Shown piece by piece: positions 19,183 to 27,831 of a DNA stretch of 64,000 bases. The stretch is from NCBI GenBank assembly GCA_965267575.1, contig OZ254086.1:960001-1024000 (forward strand), given 5' to 3'. The notes beneath the pieces are model-generated. The model was not told where the DNA came from. It worked only from the letters and a program-made list of their open reading frames with translations, and did no database searches. A program made the translations under genes and the position numbers. Origin of the DNA: Calditrichales bacterium. GTDB taxonomy: Bacteria; Calditrichota; Calditrichia; Calditrichales; J004. The stretch's first letter is position 1; each line of letters opens with the position of its first letter.

Positions 19183-21897
19183 TTAGAATGTTAGGCCAAC
19201 GCCAAATTTCACGTAACGCGGCGCTGAATATTGCGATGGGTTTTGTATCCTGTCATAATATGTATTGAAATCTTCCTTGTGCGATGCCAGCTCCGAAGGC
19301 TCAACTACATCGGTATAGGCACGTCCGGATTGGCCATTCACTGCTACTTCGTTCAACGCATCCAGCAGATTGAAAACACTCAGGTCAAACTGCAGGCCAA
19401 ATCTCTGAGATAGGCGCATCTTGTAGAAAGCCGTCATGTCCAGGCTTACCTGAGTCGGGCGGTAATCGTTGTTCGGAGGCAGGTTAAGGTCGGCAAGCGT
19501 GCTCACACCCAGCGGAGACCAGGTATACGGAGCGCCGCTATTGTAATAACCCGTAAATGTAAGGCCCCACTGCGGCTTGTAGTAGCCAACCGTGGCGTTA
19601 AGCGTATGGCGCTGATCCCAGCTCATTACAATCAGCTTGTTTACAGGGTCTATATTGCTGCCGGCACGGCTGAAGGTCTGCGTCGGGTTATCGGCGTTGC
19701 CCCGTGTGTATTGCAGCGTGTAGTTTAGAAACGCGGCCCACTCTCCGAGGCGGTAATCCACTTTTACTTCAAGTCCTTTTGCGTTGCCGTAATCTTTGTT
19801 TGTATACAGACCGTATTCCACCTGGTTGTATGTGGTTACCACTTTCGCGCTCAGCAAATTATAGATGTCGCGGTAAAACAGGGCCAGTTCCAGGCCAAAT
19901 CCGTCGAACAGTTCCTGCCACAATCCCATTTCATATTGGACTGTTTTCTGGGCTTTTATCTCAGCGTTGCCCATGGTCGTGGCAAAGTCGCTGGGAGAAA
20001 CCAGGAAATTACTGTTCTGGTAGAGCGCGTAAAGCGGCGGCATCTGGAAAAAGTGACCATAGCTAAAGCGCAAAACCGCTTTGTCGCCAAGCTGGTAGGC
20101 CAGACCCAAACGGGGGCTTACCTGGATTTTCTTTTCAGCCTTGGGATAACTGGAAGTCTGGTTTAAGGAATCAGCAAACTCCAGCTGGTTGCCGGGGTTG
20201 CGGCGATCCGAAGGATAGACCGTATTGGGATCAAAATAGTCCAGACGCAGACCCAGGTTGATCACCATATCCTGGTATTCCATTTTATCCTGGATATAGG
20301 CAGCCACTTCGATTGGCTCCACCGTATAGGCATCCGTAAAACTGGATGTCGGCGGCAGGATTTCGGGGATATATTCGGCCGTTCCGTCAATCAGGTTTGC
20401 CCGCAGATCTTCGCCGTCCTGAACGGCAAACAGTTCATTGCGGATGGCGCTTTCCCTGTTATCCAGGCGGTGAAAGATATAATGAAAACCGGTCTTGATA
20501 GCATGTTTGTTGTTAATCTGCCAGGTCAGGTCAAGTTTGGCATTGTAATCTTCAAGCGTGCGCTCGTTATGGGTTTTTACCTGGCCGCCCGTAAAAAAGC
20601 CCACATCTTCCGTACTACGCAAATAACCATCATGAACATAGCGCGCATCAAGCGGATTGTCGAACAGGTAATAACCATTAAAATTATTCACGTAGGATAC
20701 ATTAAACTGGTAAAAAGCTGATAAGCCTAGAGACTGGTTAAGCTGCATGGAATACATATCCGTCTCACGGAAAGCCGTTGGCAGTCCGTCCGGGTTATAT
20801 TTAAAGCTATGATCGTATCCGTTCCACTCATCGTCATTGCGGGTATAAAGCAGGGAGACTTTCATCTCGTCGCTAAACTTATAGGTCAATTTGCCCAACA
20901 GAGATGTGTTGAGCGAATTGTTCATGGGGACAAAACTGTTATCACCTGTATGCTGCGTCAGCCAGGTTCCTTCCGGGCCGGAATAGTCACTGTAATCATC
21001 CACGTTAAAACGGCGGATTCCGTTCAGGTGGTTTTTGTTGTCCTGGAAACGGGCATTGGTAAAAAAGTAGAGTTTACCGGGAAGCAGCGAGCCACTCAGG
21101 TTAACTTTGTAATCCTGGTTTCGCAGCATGTCCACTTCACCCAGCCCAATAAAAATATCGTCGTTTGAGGTCAGATAGGTTCCGGAATTCACCGATACCG
21201 ATCCGCTGAGCTTGTCTCCGCCATCCTTGACTACGGCATTTACAACACCGCTCATGGCGCGTCCGTATTCGGCGTTAAACGTACCGGTTATAACTTCAAG
21301 GTCGCTAATCGACTCCGGCTCCAGGTCTACCGTCGAACCTTCGCCGCCAAACAGTTCATCCACCGGCAACCCGTCAACCATATAGGAAACTTCATTGCTC
21401 CGGCCGCCGCGGAAGTGGCCGTTTACAACACCGGCCTGCATCGAAATAACCGCGCCAACATTCTCAACCGGCAGAATATCGATCTGGTCGGAGCTGATAG
21501 CGCGCATAGAACTGGTCTGATCTTTCTTGGTAGCAATCTTGCTGGCCTGAACCGTAATTACCTCGCCTTCAAGCACCTCGCTGTCCAGCGTTATTTCAAG
21601 ATAGGCCGTGCGGTTTACGGAAACGCGTACATCTTCGACTTTAACTGTTTTATAGCCCAGCATTTCTACGGACAACTCGTAGGTTCCGGGCGCTACGTTC
21701 AGAATAAAAAAGCTGCCATCAAGGCCAACGGAAGCGCCCAAAGACGTACCGGTTACCAGCACGTTGGCGCCCGGCAGGGGTTCTCCGCTTTGCGCATCGA
21801 ATACCGTTCCGGCAATCTTGCCTGTTGTCTGGGCAAAGGCACTGCCAGCTGCGCATGTAATTAGAATTATAAATGTGAGTAAAATTTTTCGTTTCAT
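19183..21897 (-). CDS. TonB-dependent receptor
   Basis: Likely start MKRKILL (ATG 21897); N-terminal GKIAGTVFDAQSGEPLPGANV domain; plug FRGGRSNEVSYMVDG...TGTFNAEYG; ends PRYVKFGVGLTF. Confidence 0.92.
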   Translation of the reverse strand: MKRKILLTFIILITCAAGSAFAQTTGKIAGTVFDAQSGEPLPGANVLVTGTSLGASVGLDGSFFILNVAPGTYELSVEMLGYKTVKVEDVRVSVNRTAYLEITLDSEVLEGEVITVQASKIATKKDQTSSMRAISSDQIDILPVENVGAVISMQAGVVNGHFRGGRSNEVSYMVDGLPVDELFGGEGSTVDLEPESISDLEVITGTFNAEYGRAMSGVVNAVVKDGGDKLSGSVSVNSGTYLTSNDDIFIGLGEVDMLRNQDYKVNLSGSLLPGKLYFFTNARFQDNKNHLNGIRRFNVDDYSDYSGPEGTWLTQHTGDNSFVPMNNSLNTSLLGKLTYKFSDEMKVSLLYTRNDDEWNGYDHSFKYNPDGLPTAFRETDMYSMQLNQSLGLSAFYQFNVSYVNNFNGYYLFDNPLDARYVHDGYLRSTEDVGFFTGGQVKTHNERTLEDYNAKLDLTWQINNKHAIKTGFHYIFHRLDNRESAIRNELFAVQDGEDLRANLIDGTAEYIPEILPPTSSFTDAYTVEPIEVAAYIQDKMEYQDMVINLGLRLDYFDPNTVYPSDRRNPGNQLEFADSLNQTSSYPKAEKKIQVSPRLGLAYQLGDKAVLRFSYGHFFQMPPLYALYQNSNFLVSPSDFATTMGNAEIKAQKTVQYEMGLWQELFDGFGLELALFYRDIYNLLSAKVVTTYNQVEYGLYTNKDYGNAKGLEVKVDYRLGEWAAFLNYTLQYTRGNADNPTQTFSRAGSNIDPVNKLIVMSWDQRHTLNATVGYYKPQWGLTFTGYYNSGAPYTWSPLGVSTLADLNLPPNNDYRPTQVSLDMTAFYKMRLSQRFGLQFDLSVFNLLDALNEVAVNGQSGRAYTDVVEPSELASHKEDFNTYYDRIQNPSQYSAPRYVKFGVGLTF

Positions 21898-21921
21898 ACC
21901 GGAAATCCTTTTGGCCACATT

Positions 21922-21953
21922 AAAAAATGGGAGAGTCCCGAAGGACCCTCCCA
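21922..21953 (-). terminator. Intrinsic terminator with C(UUCG)G tetraloop inside the operon
   Basis: Minus strand TGGGAGGGTCC-TTCG-GGACTCTCCCA-TTTTTT: 11-bp stem with one G-U pair, followed by a U6 tract. Confidence 0.85.
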
Positions 21954-21969
21954 GATATTACGTTCGCTT

Positions 21970-24477
21970 TTATTTAACCAATAGCATTTTACGTGTCTGT
22001 ACAAAATCAGCCGCTTCAATGATGTAGAAATATACACCGGAAGAGAGGCCTGTACCATCTACTTTAACGAAATGCGTACCGGCGGTATGGTTACCACTTA
22101 CCAATGTACGGATTTTCTGACCGACAACATTGTAAAGCGTAATGGTAGCTTTGCCTGCTTTAGGCAGAGCGTATTCAATGGTTGTCGTCGGGTTGAACGG
22201 GTTGGGATAGTTTTGTCCCAGGTTGTATTCACGTACAACCGCGATTTCTTTATCACCGATAGCGCTTACAACAGCATTGGTATCACCGATCCAGGTGTAG
22301 AACCAGTTCTGGACACCCTGCCAGCTGTTGTCAAAGTTATTCGGCGAATAGGAAAGAATACCATCGCGCACGTTAGCCTGATCCGAGTCATGGAAAACCA
22401 GATCCAGCGGAATGCGCATACCACGCTTGGGCTCAAACAGAGCATCGTCGGAAGCGTTGCCGGTTGGCAATTCAGCCAACGGAATCATTACTTCAACGGC
22501 AAAGTCGGAAGCGCCAAAATCAACAAATTCGTAGTTGGCGTCGTCATTTGTGTAATAGAGGCTGGCGTCGCTGTTTTGTGTATGCTCAAAACCATCCGGA
22601 CGCAGAACGAACTTATAATCCGGCTCTTCGCCGCGCTTGAAGCCGTTATGCACAACCGTTTGGTTATAGAGACCCATGTAAACTTCGATAACATCATCTT
22701 CCCAGAAATTACCGGCAGGATCATAGCTGAAAACATCATCAAGAACATCAAATGCCATGTAGAGATTTTCACTGTCGATTGCCAGGTAGGCAGTGGAAGA
22801 ATAGTCATCATCATCATCAAAGTTGCCCAAAGCGATGTGGCTTTGAGAAGGTGAAAACTCAAAAGGACGAATATCGCTGTTAAACCATTCATCCAGGTTA
22901 CCGTCTGCGGCAAAACCGGCAGGGGCGGCCTGGGCGATCGTCGCAACGCCTTCAGCCGTATTAACCGTAGCAGATGCGGAAGCACCCACAGAACTGGTGT
23001 TACCGGCGGCGTCTGTACAGGTTACCGCATAGTAATAGGAAACTTCCGTGTCTTCCAACGGATAGATGAGGCGATGAATCGCGCTCTGCTCGCCTTCAAC
23101 AACACCCGTTGCCAAAACTTCAACGCCCGGGGCGTCTACGTCGGTAATCGGTTCGGTGCTGGCGTAAACATTATAAAATTCGCCTTGTTCACCGGGTACA
23201 TCCTGCCAGATAACCAGGTTGAAATAGCTGGATGTATTGGGCGCGCCGCTTACACCGGTCGGAGCAGCGGGAGCAACCACGTCGATATCCGGGTTACCTG
23301 TCCAGAAATCATCAAAATAGATCGTACGGCCGGCCATACCATTACCTTCAGACAAAAACTGCAAAACAGTAATAGCAGAAGTATCGAGATCAGCAGTACC
23401 GTCAACATAAGCGAAATCTTTTAATGCGAGAGCGTATTCATGCCACTCACCATCATCAGCAACCACATCAACCGGGTGGCCCACTTTACCTGCGCCGCCT
23501 TCAATTTGCATACGGATGGTCGGTGTACCAACATCAGCCTTCATCTTGAACTTCAGAGAATCGGTCATCCAGTCACGGGCCAGATCTGTAGCAGGCAGGT
23601 TCCATCCGGCACCAGTCCAGCCGCCGCATCCGCCGTCACCCTGAATCCACTTCAGCCCGTTTTTGCCTTCGGAGGAGCCGGCACCTTCTTCAACGCTTAA
23701 CTGCGATTCACACCAGGTGAACTGCTCATGGGCACCCGGAACGCTGTTTCCGTTAAACAGAACCAGGCTTTTGCCCAGATAGCCTTTGAGCGTCATGTTA
23801 TCAAGAATAACGGAACCCTGGGAAATGTCGCCTTCACCGGAACCATTGATCGAGAATTCAAAAGCAAACTGACGGATTTTATCTGTATCCAGCTTGTCGT
23901 TACCTTCAATACCGGCCCAGCCTGTACGGTTGAACGCTTCACCGCCCCACTCATCCAGATCGGGATTGCCACGGCCGTCTTCCAGCTTGATCTTGATCTC
24001 ATTCCAGCCCGGCTCATTATCCAGGATGTAATGGAAGCTGTAGTAAAACTCCATGTTGTTGGAGTTGGTCGACGTATCCGGTGCGTTACTGGCATCACTC
24101 AGGTTGATGCGCAGATGAACGCGGCCTGCCAGGTCTTGCTTTACATCATTATAATACCAGATGCTCAGCGTATCGAAAGCCGACCAGTCATAAAATCCCG
24201 CACTGTCCGGGTTGGTATGCTCAAGCTTTACAAAGCCGCCATAACCTTCAATGTTATGCACTTTGTAATCCAGGCGTATGGCGCCGGAACCGTCCTGAAC
24301 AACTTCTGTCTCCAGCGGGTACCCAATATTACTCGTCGAATCCGACGAGGATGGTGAGCGGACTATGGAGAAATAGGTCGAATCCAGCTGCGTATCAAAC
24401 GACTGGATCACGTCCTGCGCCCACAGCCCCAGCGGGAACAGAAGCACCATAAATAGGAACACGTAAGTCTTCTTCAT
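21970..24477 (-). CDS. Non-catalytic multi-CBM surface protein (galactose-binding-like folds, Fn3, CBM9-like) + T9SS-type CTD
   Basis: Signal peptide; CBM9-like ADGNLDEW..DSENLYMAFDVLDD..WEDDVIEVY..VEVMIPL..DLVFHDSD; QNYPNPFNPTT...RKMLLVK; no GH catalytic motif recognised. Confidence 0.75.
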   Translation of the reverse strand: MKKTYVFLFMVLLFPLGLWAQDVIQSFDTQLDSTYFSIVRSPSSSDSTSNIGYPLETEVVQDGSGAIRLDYKVHNIEGYGGFVKLEHTNPDSAGFYDWSAFDTLSIWYYNDVKQDLAGRVHLRINLSDASNAPDTSTNSNNMEFYYSFHYILDNEPGWNEIKIKLEDGRGNPDLDEWGGEAFNRTGWAGIEGNDKLDTDKIRQFAFEFSINGSGEGDISQGSVILDNMTLKGYLGKSLVLFNGNSVPGAHEQFTWCESQLSVEEGAGSSEGKNGLKWIQGDGGCGGWTGAGWNLPATDLARDWMTDSLKFKMKADVGTPTIRMQIEGGAGKVGHPVDVVADDGEWHEYALALKDFAYVDGTADLDTSAITVLQFLSEGNGMAGRTIYFDDFWTGNPDIDVVAPAAPTGVSGAPNTSSYFNLVIWQDVPGEQGEFYNVYASTEPITDVDAPGVEVLATGVVEGEQSAIHRLIYPLEDTEVSYYYAVTCTDAAGNTSSVGASASATVNTAEGVATIAQAAPAGFAADGNLDEWFNSDIRPFEFSPSQSHIALGNFDDDDDYSSTAYLAIDSENLYMAFDVLDDVFSYDPAGNFWEDDVIEVYMGLYNQTVVHNGFKRGEEPDYKFVLRPDGFEHTQNSDASLYYTNDDANYEFVDFGASDFAVEVMIPLAELPTGNASDDALFEPKRGMRIPLDLVFHDSDQANVRDGILSYSPNNFDNSWQGVQNWFYTWIGDTNAVVSAIGDKEIAVVREYNLGQNYPNPFNPTTTIEYALPKAGKATITLYNVVGQKIRTLVSGNHTAGTHFVKVDGTGLSSGVYFYIIEAADFVQTRKMLLVK

Positions 24478-25901
24478 AAAGACCTCCTGATTTTGTTAGA
24501 GTTGGGTGAATTGTGTGAGAGATTGTTTTTATGCTTGCCACGCCCAAAAGGCATAGCGGATCGTAAAAAAGGTTGCTCAAAAATGTGGCCGCTTTTATGG
24601 CCGGCCAGCCACAATACGACAAAAGCGAGCGCCAGAAAGGCGGCGGAAAAGACGGTCAGAAAAACATTACCTGCTTGTGAGGTAAAAGCCCAGACCATTA
24701 AAACAGCGGCCGGAACGGTAACGGCAAAAAGCAGCCAGCTTAAGCGCCCCGGTGTGCGCCCGCTGAGCAGAGCAAAAAGTATTAACGCCAGCAAAGCAGG
24801 AACAATGAAGATGGTTATAACGGCGACCGTATCAAACAGATTGAAAGCAAAAGAAAGTGTAGTGGGCACCAATACGATAACCAGCGGTACAGAGACGATC
24901 GAAAACAGCCTGGCGGCCAAAACGCGCTTGCGCCCCACCGGCGCCTCGATTATCCGCGGCAAAATATCATAACTGAAAAGCGTCGCCGATGAGAACAACA
25001 GAGATGCCAGTGCCGACAGCAGCATGAGCGCCAGGGCTAGGTAGCCCACGAAACCGGCGGCTCCCGCTTCACTGGCAACAAAGGGGCGCGAAAGTGCCGG
25101 GGTGCTGGCCGTCAGCAAAACGGCGATCAACGTAAATGCCAGCGCTGCTGCCCAAAGTGCTTTGCGCGCGGCGGCAATACTGCCGGTGGCAAAAAGGCGC
25201 TGCAACTGATTCTGGTCCCCCAGCCAAAGCCAGGCCACCACAAAAACGAGCGCGAAAAACGGCAGACTGAAAAATCCGCCCTCCATCGGAAACGCATGCT
25301 TGGTTCCGGTAAGTACAAACCCGGTAAGCAGCAGCAGCATAAAAACCGTATGAACGGCACCGCTGAATACAATCGCCCTGAGCCCGCCGATGATGGCAAA
25401 AAGTCCGGCAAATATCAATATGACATAAGCGCCCAGGTAGGGGTTCCAGCCCAGCATTTTTTGCAGCAACGTACCTGCGGCAAAAAGCAAAAGCAAAATA
25501 CGCAAAAGGTTAAAAAGCATCAGTCCGGCAGCATACCACAGTGCTATGCCGACATTAAAACGGCGGCGAATGAATTCGGAAATTGAACGCAGGGAATCAC
25601 TCATATAAGCAGGGATAAAGAAAACACCGAGGAGAAGCAGCGCCGGCAAAATAAGCAGGTCTGCATAAAAGGCGTTGCCCCAGCCTTTATCCAGCCCGAT
25701 ATACTCCATGATATGCCAGGCCGAGATATAAGCTGCCGGTAATGATAAACCGCTCAGCCAGGGAGAGAGCCTGAAGCCTGCCATGAAATACTCACGGCTG
25801 CTCTCATCATTATGACGACGCGCCATATACAGACTTGCCAGCAAGCTAAGGCCGGCAGCCAGAAAAAAGATGACTGATTCAAAGCTTAAATTCAGAGTCA
25901 C
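24474..25901 (-). CDS. Divergent sodium:solute symporter-like membrane protein
   Basis: EYFMAGFRLSPW, IIGGLRAIVFS, DQNQLQRLFA, SSATLFSYDI match the SSS layout, but conserved TM1-2 residues are altered. Confidence 0.75.
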   Translation of the reverse strand: MTLNLSFESVIFFLAAGLSLLASLYMARRHNDESSREYFMAGFRLSPWLSGLSLPAAYISAWHIMEYIGLDKGWGNAFYADLLILPALLLLGVFFIPAYMSDSLRSISEFIRRRFNVGIALWYAAGLMLFNLLRILLLLFAAGTLLQKMLGWNPYLGAYVILIFAGLFAIIGGLRAIVFSGAVHTVFMLLLLTGFVLTGTKHAFPMEGGFFSLPFFALVFVVAWLWLGDQNQLQRLFATGSIAAARKALWAAALAFTLIAVLLTASTPALSRPFVASEAGAAGFVGYLALALMLLSALASLLFSSATLFSYDILPRIIEAPVGRKRVLAARLFSIVSVPLVIVLVPTTLSFAFNLFDTVAVITIFIVPALLALILFALLSGRTPGRLSWLLFAVTVPAAVLMVWAFTSQAGNVFLTVFSAAFLALAFVVLWLAGHKSGHIFEQPFLRSAMPFGRGKHKNNLSHNSPNSNKIRRSL

Positions 25902-25940
25902 AAATTATCCACGGTAATAAAAGTTGAAACTACTCTTATG

Positions 25941-25956
25941 ACATAAAGCGTGCCAA
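25941..25956 (-). promoter_or_regulatory. Putative sigma-54 (-24/-12) promoter
   Basis: Minus strand TTGGCACGCTTTATGT versus consensus TGGCACG-N4-TTGC; about 40 bp upstream of the 25901 start. Confidence 0.65.
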
Positions 25957-26033
25957 GACCGCCCGGCAAGACCTAAAGTCTTTAAATACAGTGGTTTGCG
26001 ACATGGCGGATGGGAAGAGGTAATTTCGGCGAG

Positions 26034-26069
26034 TTATCATTTTGATAAGGCGACTTATTAAATTGATAA
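26034..26069. promoter_or_regulatory. Tandem palindromic operator / upstream activator sites
   Basis: TTATCA-TTT-TGATAA (26034-26048, perfect) and TTATTA-AAT-TGATAA (26055-26069); centres 21 bp apart. Confidence 0.8.
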
Positions 26070-26070
26070 A

Positions 26071-27831
26071 TCAGCGTAACAGCATCATTTTTACGCTGTG
26101 CGTTTCTCTTTCAGCCATAACGCTGAAAAAGTAGATGCCGGAAGACAGGCTGCTTCCGTCCAGCGTCCAGGTCTGTTTCCCGGCCGGGAGCGGGCCGTCG
26201 TGCAGCAGGCTTACAACCTGTCCTTTGATATTCGTGATCCGCGCAGTTACCTGCTGGTTTGTGGGGTTAATAAAATTCAGCCTGGCAGACGGATTAAACG
26301 GATTTGGATATACGGACATCTCAAAATCCAGGGGAAGATTGCCCTGCGCTTCCGGCAGGTCACTGACTATCCGCTCCAGTTCAATGCCGCTCACCGTGGC
26401 CACGCCCGTTTCTGCTACAAAAGCAAGCGTAAGCCGATTGTCTTTCACCTGAACGCCGCTCAGTGTTTTGGTTAGGGCGCTTTTGCTGCCTGCTTCCGCA
26501 ACTATATCCAGATCGTCCAGGTACAGATTGTTTTCCGCATAGACGTCAAAAACACGCTGTCCGCTGTTGCTGTATTGGTTTTCGCTGAACAGCAGCTTTA
26601 CGTTGTAGCTGCCATTTGGCAGGCGGACATCATAAAACCCGATACCGCGCACTTCGCTGGCAAAAACGGCATCATTGTCCGTGTTGGCAATCGCGATGCT
26701 TTGCTCTACGGCCGTACCCCCGCCATAACCGAACGCTTTTGTATAACGCCACTCCTGGTCGGCCGCATAGGCGCCCTCACTGCTGCCGCCGACATTAACA
26801 AAAAAAGATTCCTGCGGCGCGCTGGCCACAACAACGTTGGCCAGTTCAATCACGTTACCGGCGTCGTCGGCAACATTCAAAACAATAAGATTGTAATTGA
26901 TTTCGGGATCGCGCCCGCTGGTATAAACACGGGCATCGGGGCCGTTAACTTCCACGGATTCGACAGTGAGACCGGGAATAAGATAATTGGAAGGTTGCTG
27001 CGCTGTTGCCGGGTCCAGCACATCTGAAAAGCGCACATGGATTGTATCCCCGATAAAGAAAGCGCCATGCACCCATGGTTTGGAAACATCCGCATCTTCA
27101 ATGGGCGCGCCGCTGTAGCCCGTTGGTGACGGTTTGGTCAGGCACAAAATCATATAGCCATCGTGGAAAACAACATTGTCCTGGATGAAATCGGCATTGT
27201 TTCCGTCAAAAGTATGGGTAGCTTTTTGCCAGCGCACAGCGTCAAAACTGTCAAAATTATCTTCCCACAAAAGGGTGAAATTATCATTCTCACCGGGGCT
27301 GTAGCGGTAATAGCGAATCCAGTCATAAAAAGCGTAAAGCGGCAGATTGTCGGGATCCAGCGTTCCGGCCCAATCGGGATAAAGCGGAGGCCATACGTTC
27401 ATCATAATTTTCTGGGCGCGGTCCAGGGTAAGCACATGCGTGCCGGTCTGGCGATAGACCTCTGCCCCGTCGATGGACCAGGCGATATAGTGCGGCGTCC
27501 ATTCAATGGCATATTCGTGGAAGTCGGCATGCGGATTGTAAGGCACGACATGGCGCTCAACGTGGTCAACGCGCCCCGGTGTAATGGCATTGAACTGCAC
27601 CTCGTTGGTGTAGCGACCCATGATCTCTATGTCCAGTTCATTCCAGCTGTTGGCGCCGGTGTTTTCGTGGTAGGTAAACAGCGAGGAAAGCATGCCTGAT
27701 GCCTGTGCAGACTTCATACGTACTTCGATGCGGCCATAGGTATAGGCGGCTTTTGTGCGGTATTCGGCACCGCGATAGTCCTTCGCCATTAAAACAGCCG
27801 TCATTACTAAAACAATCAATAAATATTTCAT
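26071..27831 (-). CDS. GH16 beta-glucanase (EXDXE type) + Ig-like + malectin-like domain + T9SS-type CTD; paralogue of 11291-13096
   Basis: KDYRGAEYRTK, WNELDIEIMG, HEYAIEWTP, FVNVGG...YNVKLLFSE...RVFDV, VYPNPFNP. Confidence 0.88.
   Translation of the reverse strand: MKYLLIVLVMTAVLMAKDYRGAEYRTKAAYTYGRIEVRMKSAQASGMLSSLFTYHENTGANSWNELDIEIMGRYTNEVQFNAITPGRVDHVERHVVPYNPHADFHEYAIEWTPHYIAWSIDGAEVYRQTGTHVLTLDRAQKIMMNVWPPLYPDWAGTLDPDNLPLYAFYDWIRYYRYSPGENDNFTLLWEDNFDSFDAVRWQKATHTFDGNNADFIQDNVVFHDGYMILCLTKPSPTGYSGAPIEDADVSKPWVHGAFFIGDTIHVRFSDVLDPATAQQPSNYLIPGLTVESVEVNGPDARVYTSGRDPEINYNLIVLNVADDAGNVIELANVVVASAPQESFFVNVGGSSEGAYAADQEWRYTKAFGYGGGTAVEQSIAIANTDNDAVFASEVRGIGFYDVRLPNGSYNVKLLFSENQYSNSGQRVFDVYAENNLYLDDLDIVAEAGSKSALTKTLSGVQVKDNRLTLAFVAETGVATVSGIELERIVSDLPEAQGNLPLDFEMSVYPNPFNPSARLNFINPTNQQVTARITNIKGQVVSLLHDGPLPAGKQTWTLDGSSLSSGIYFFSVMAERETHSVKMMLLR

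Noticed and set aside
25975-25998. Possible IHF site between enhancer and promoter (ATACAGTGGTTTG)
   Set aside because: Only a partial match to WATCAR-N4-TTR, with no equivalent seen at the second promoter.
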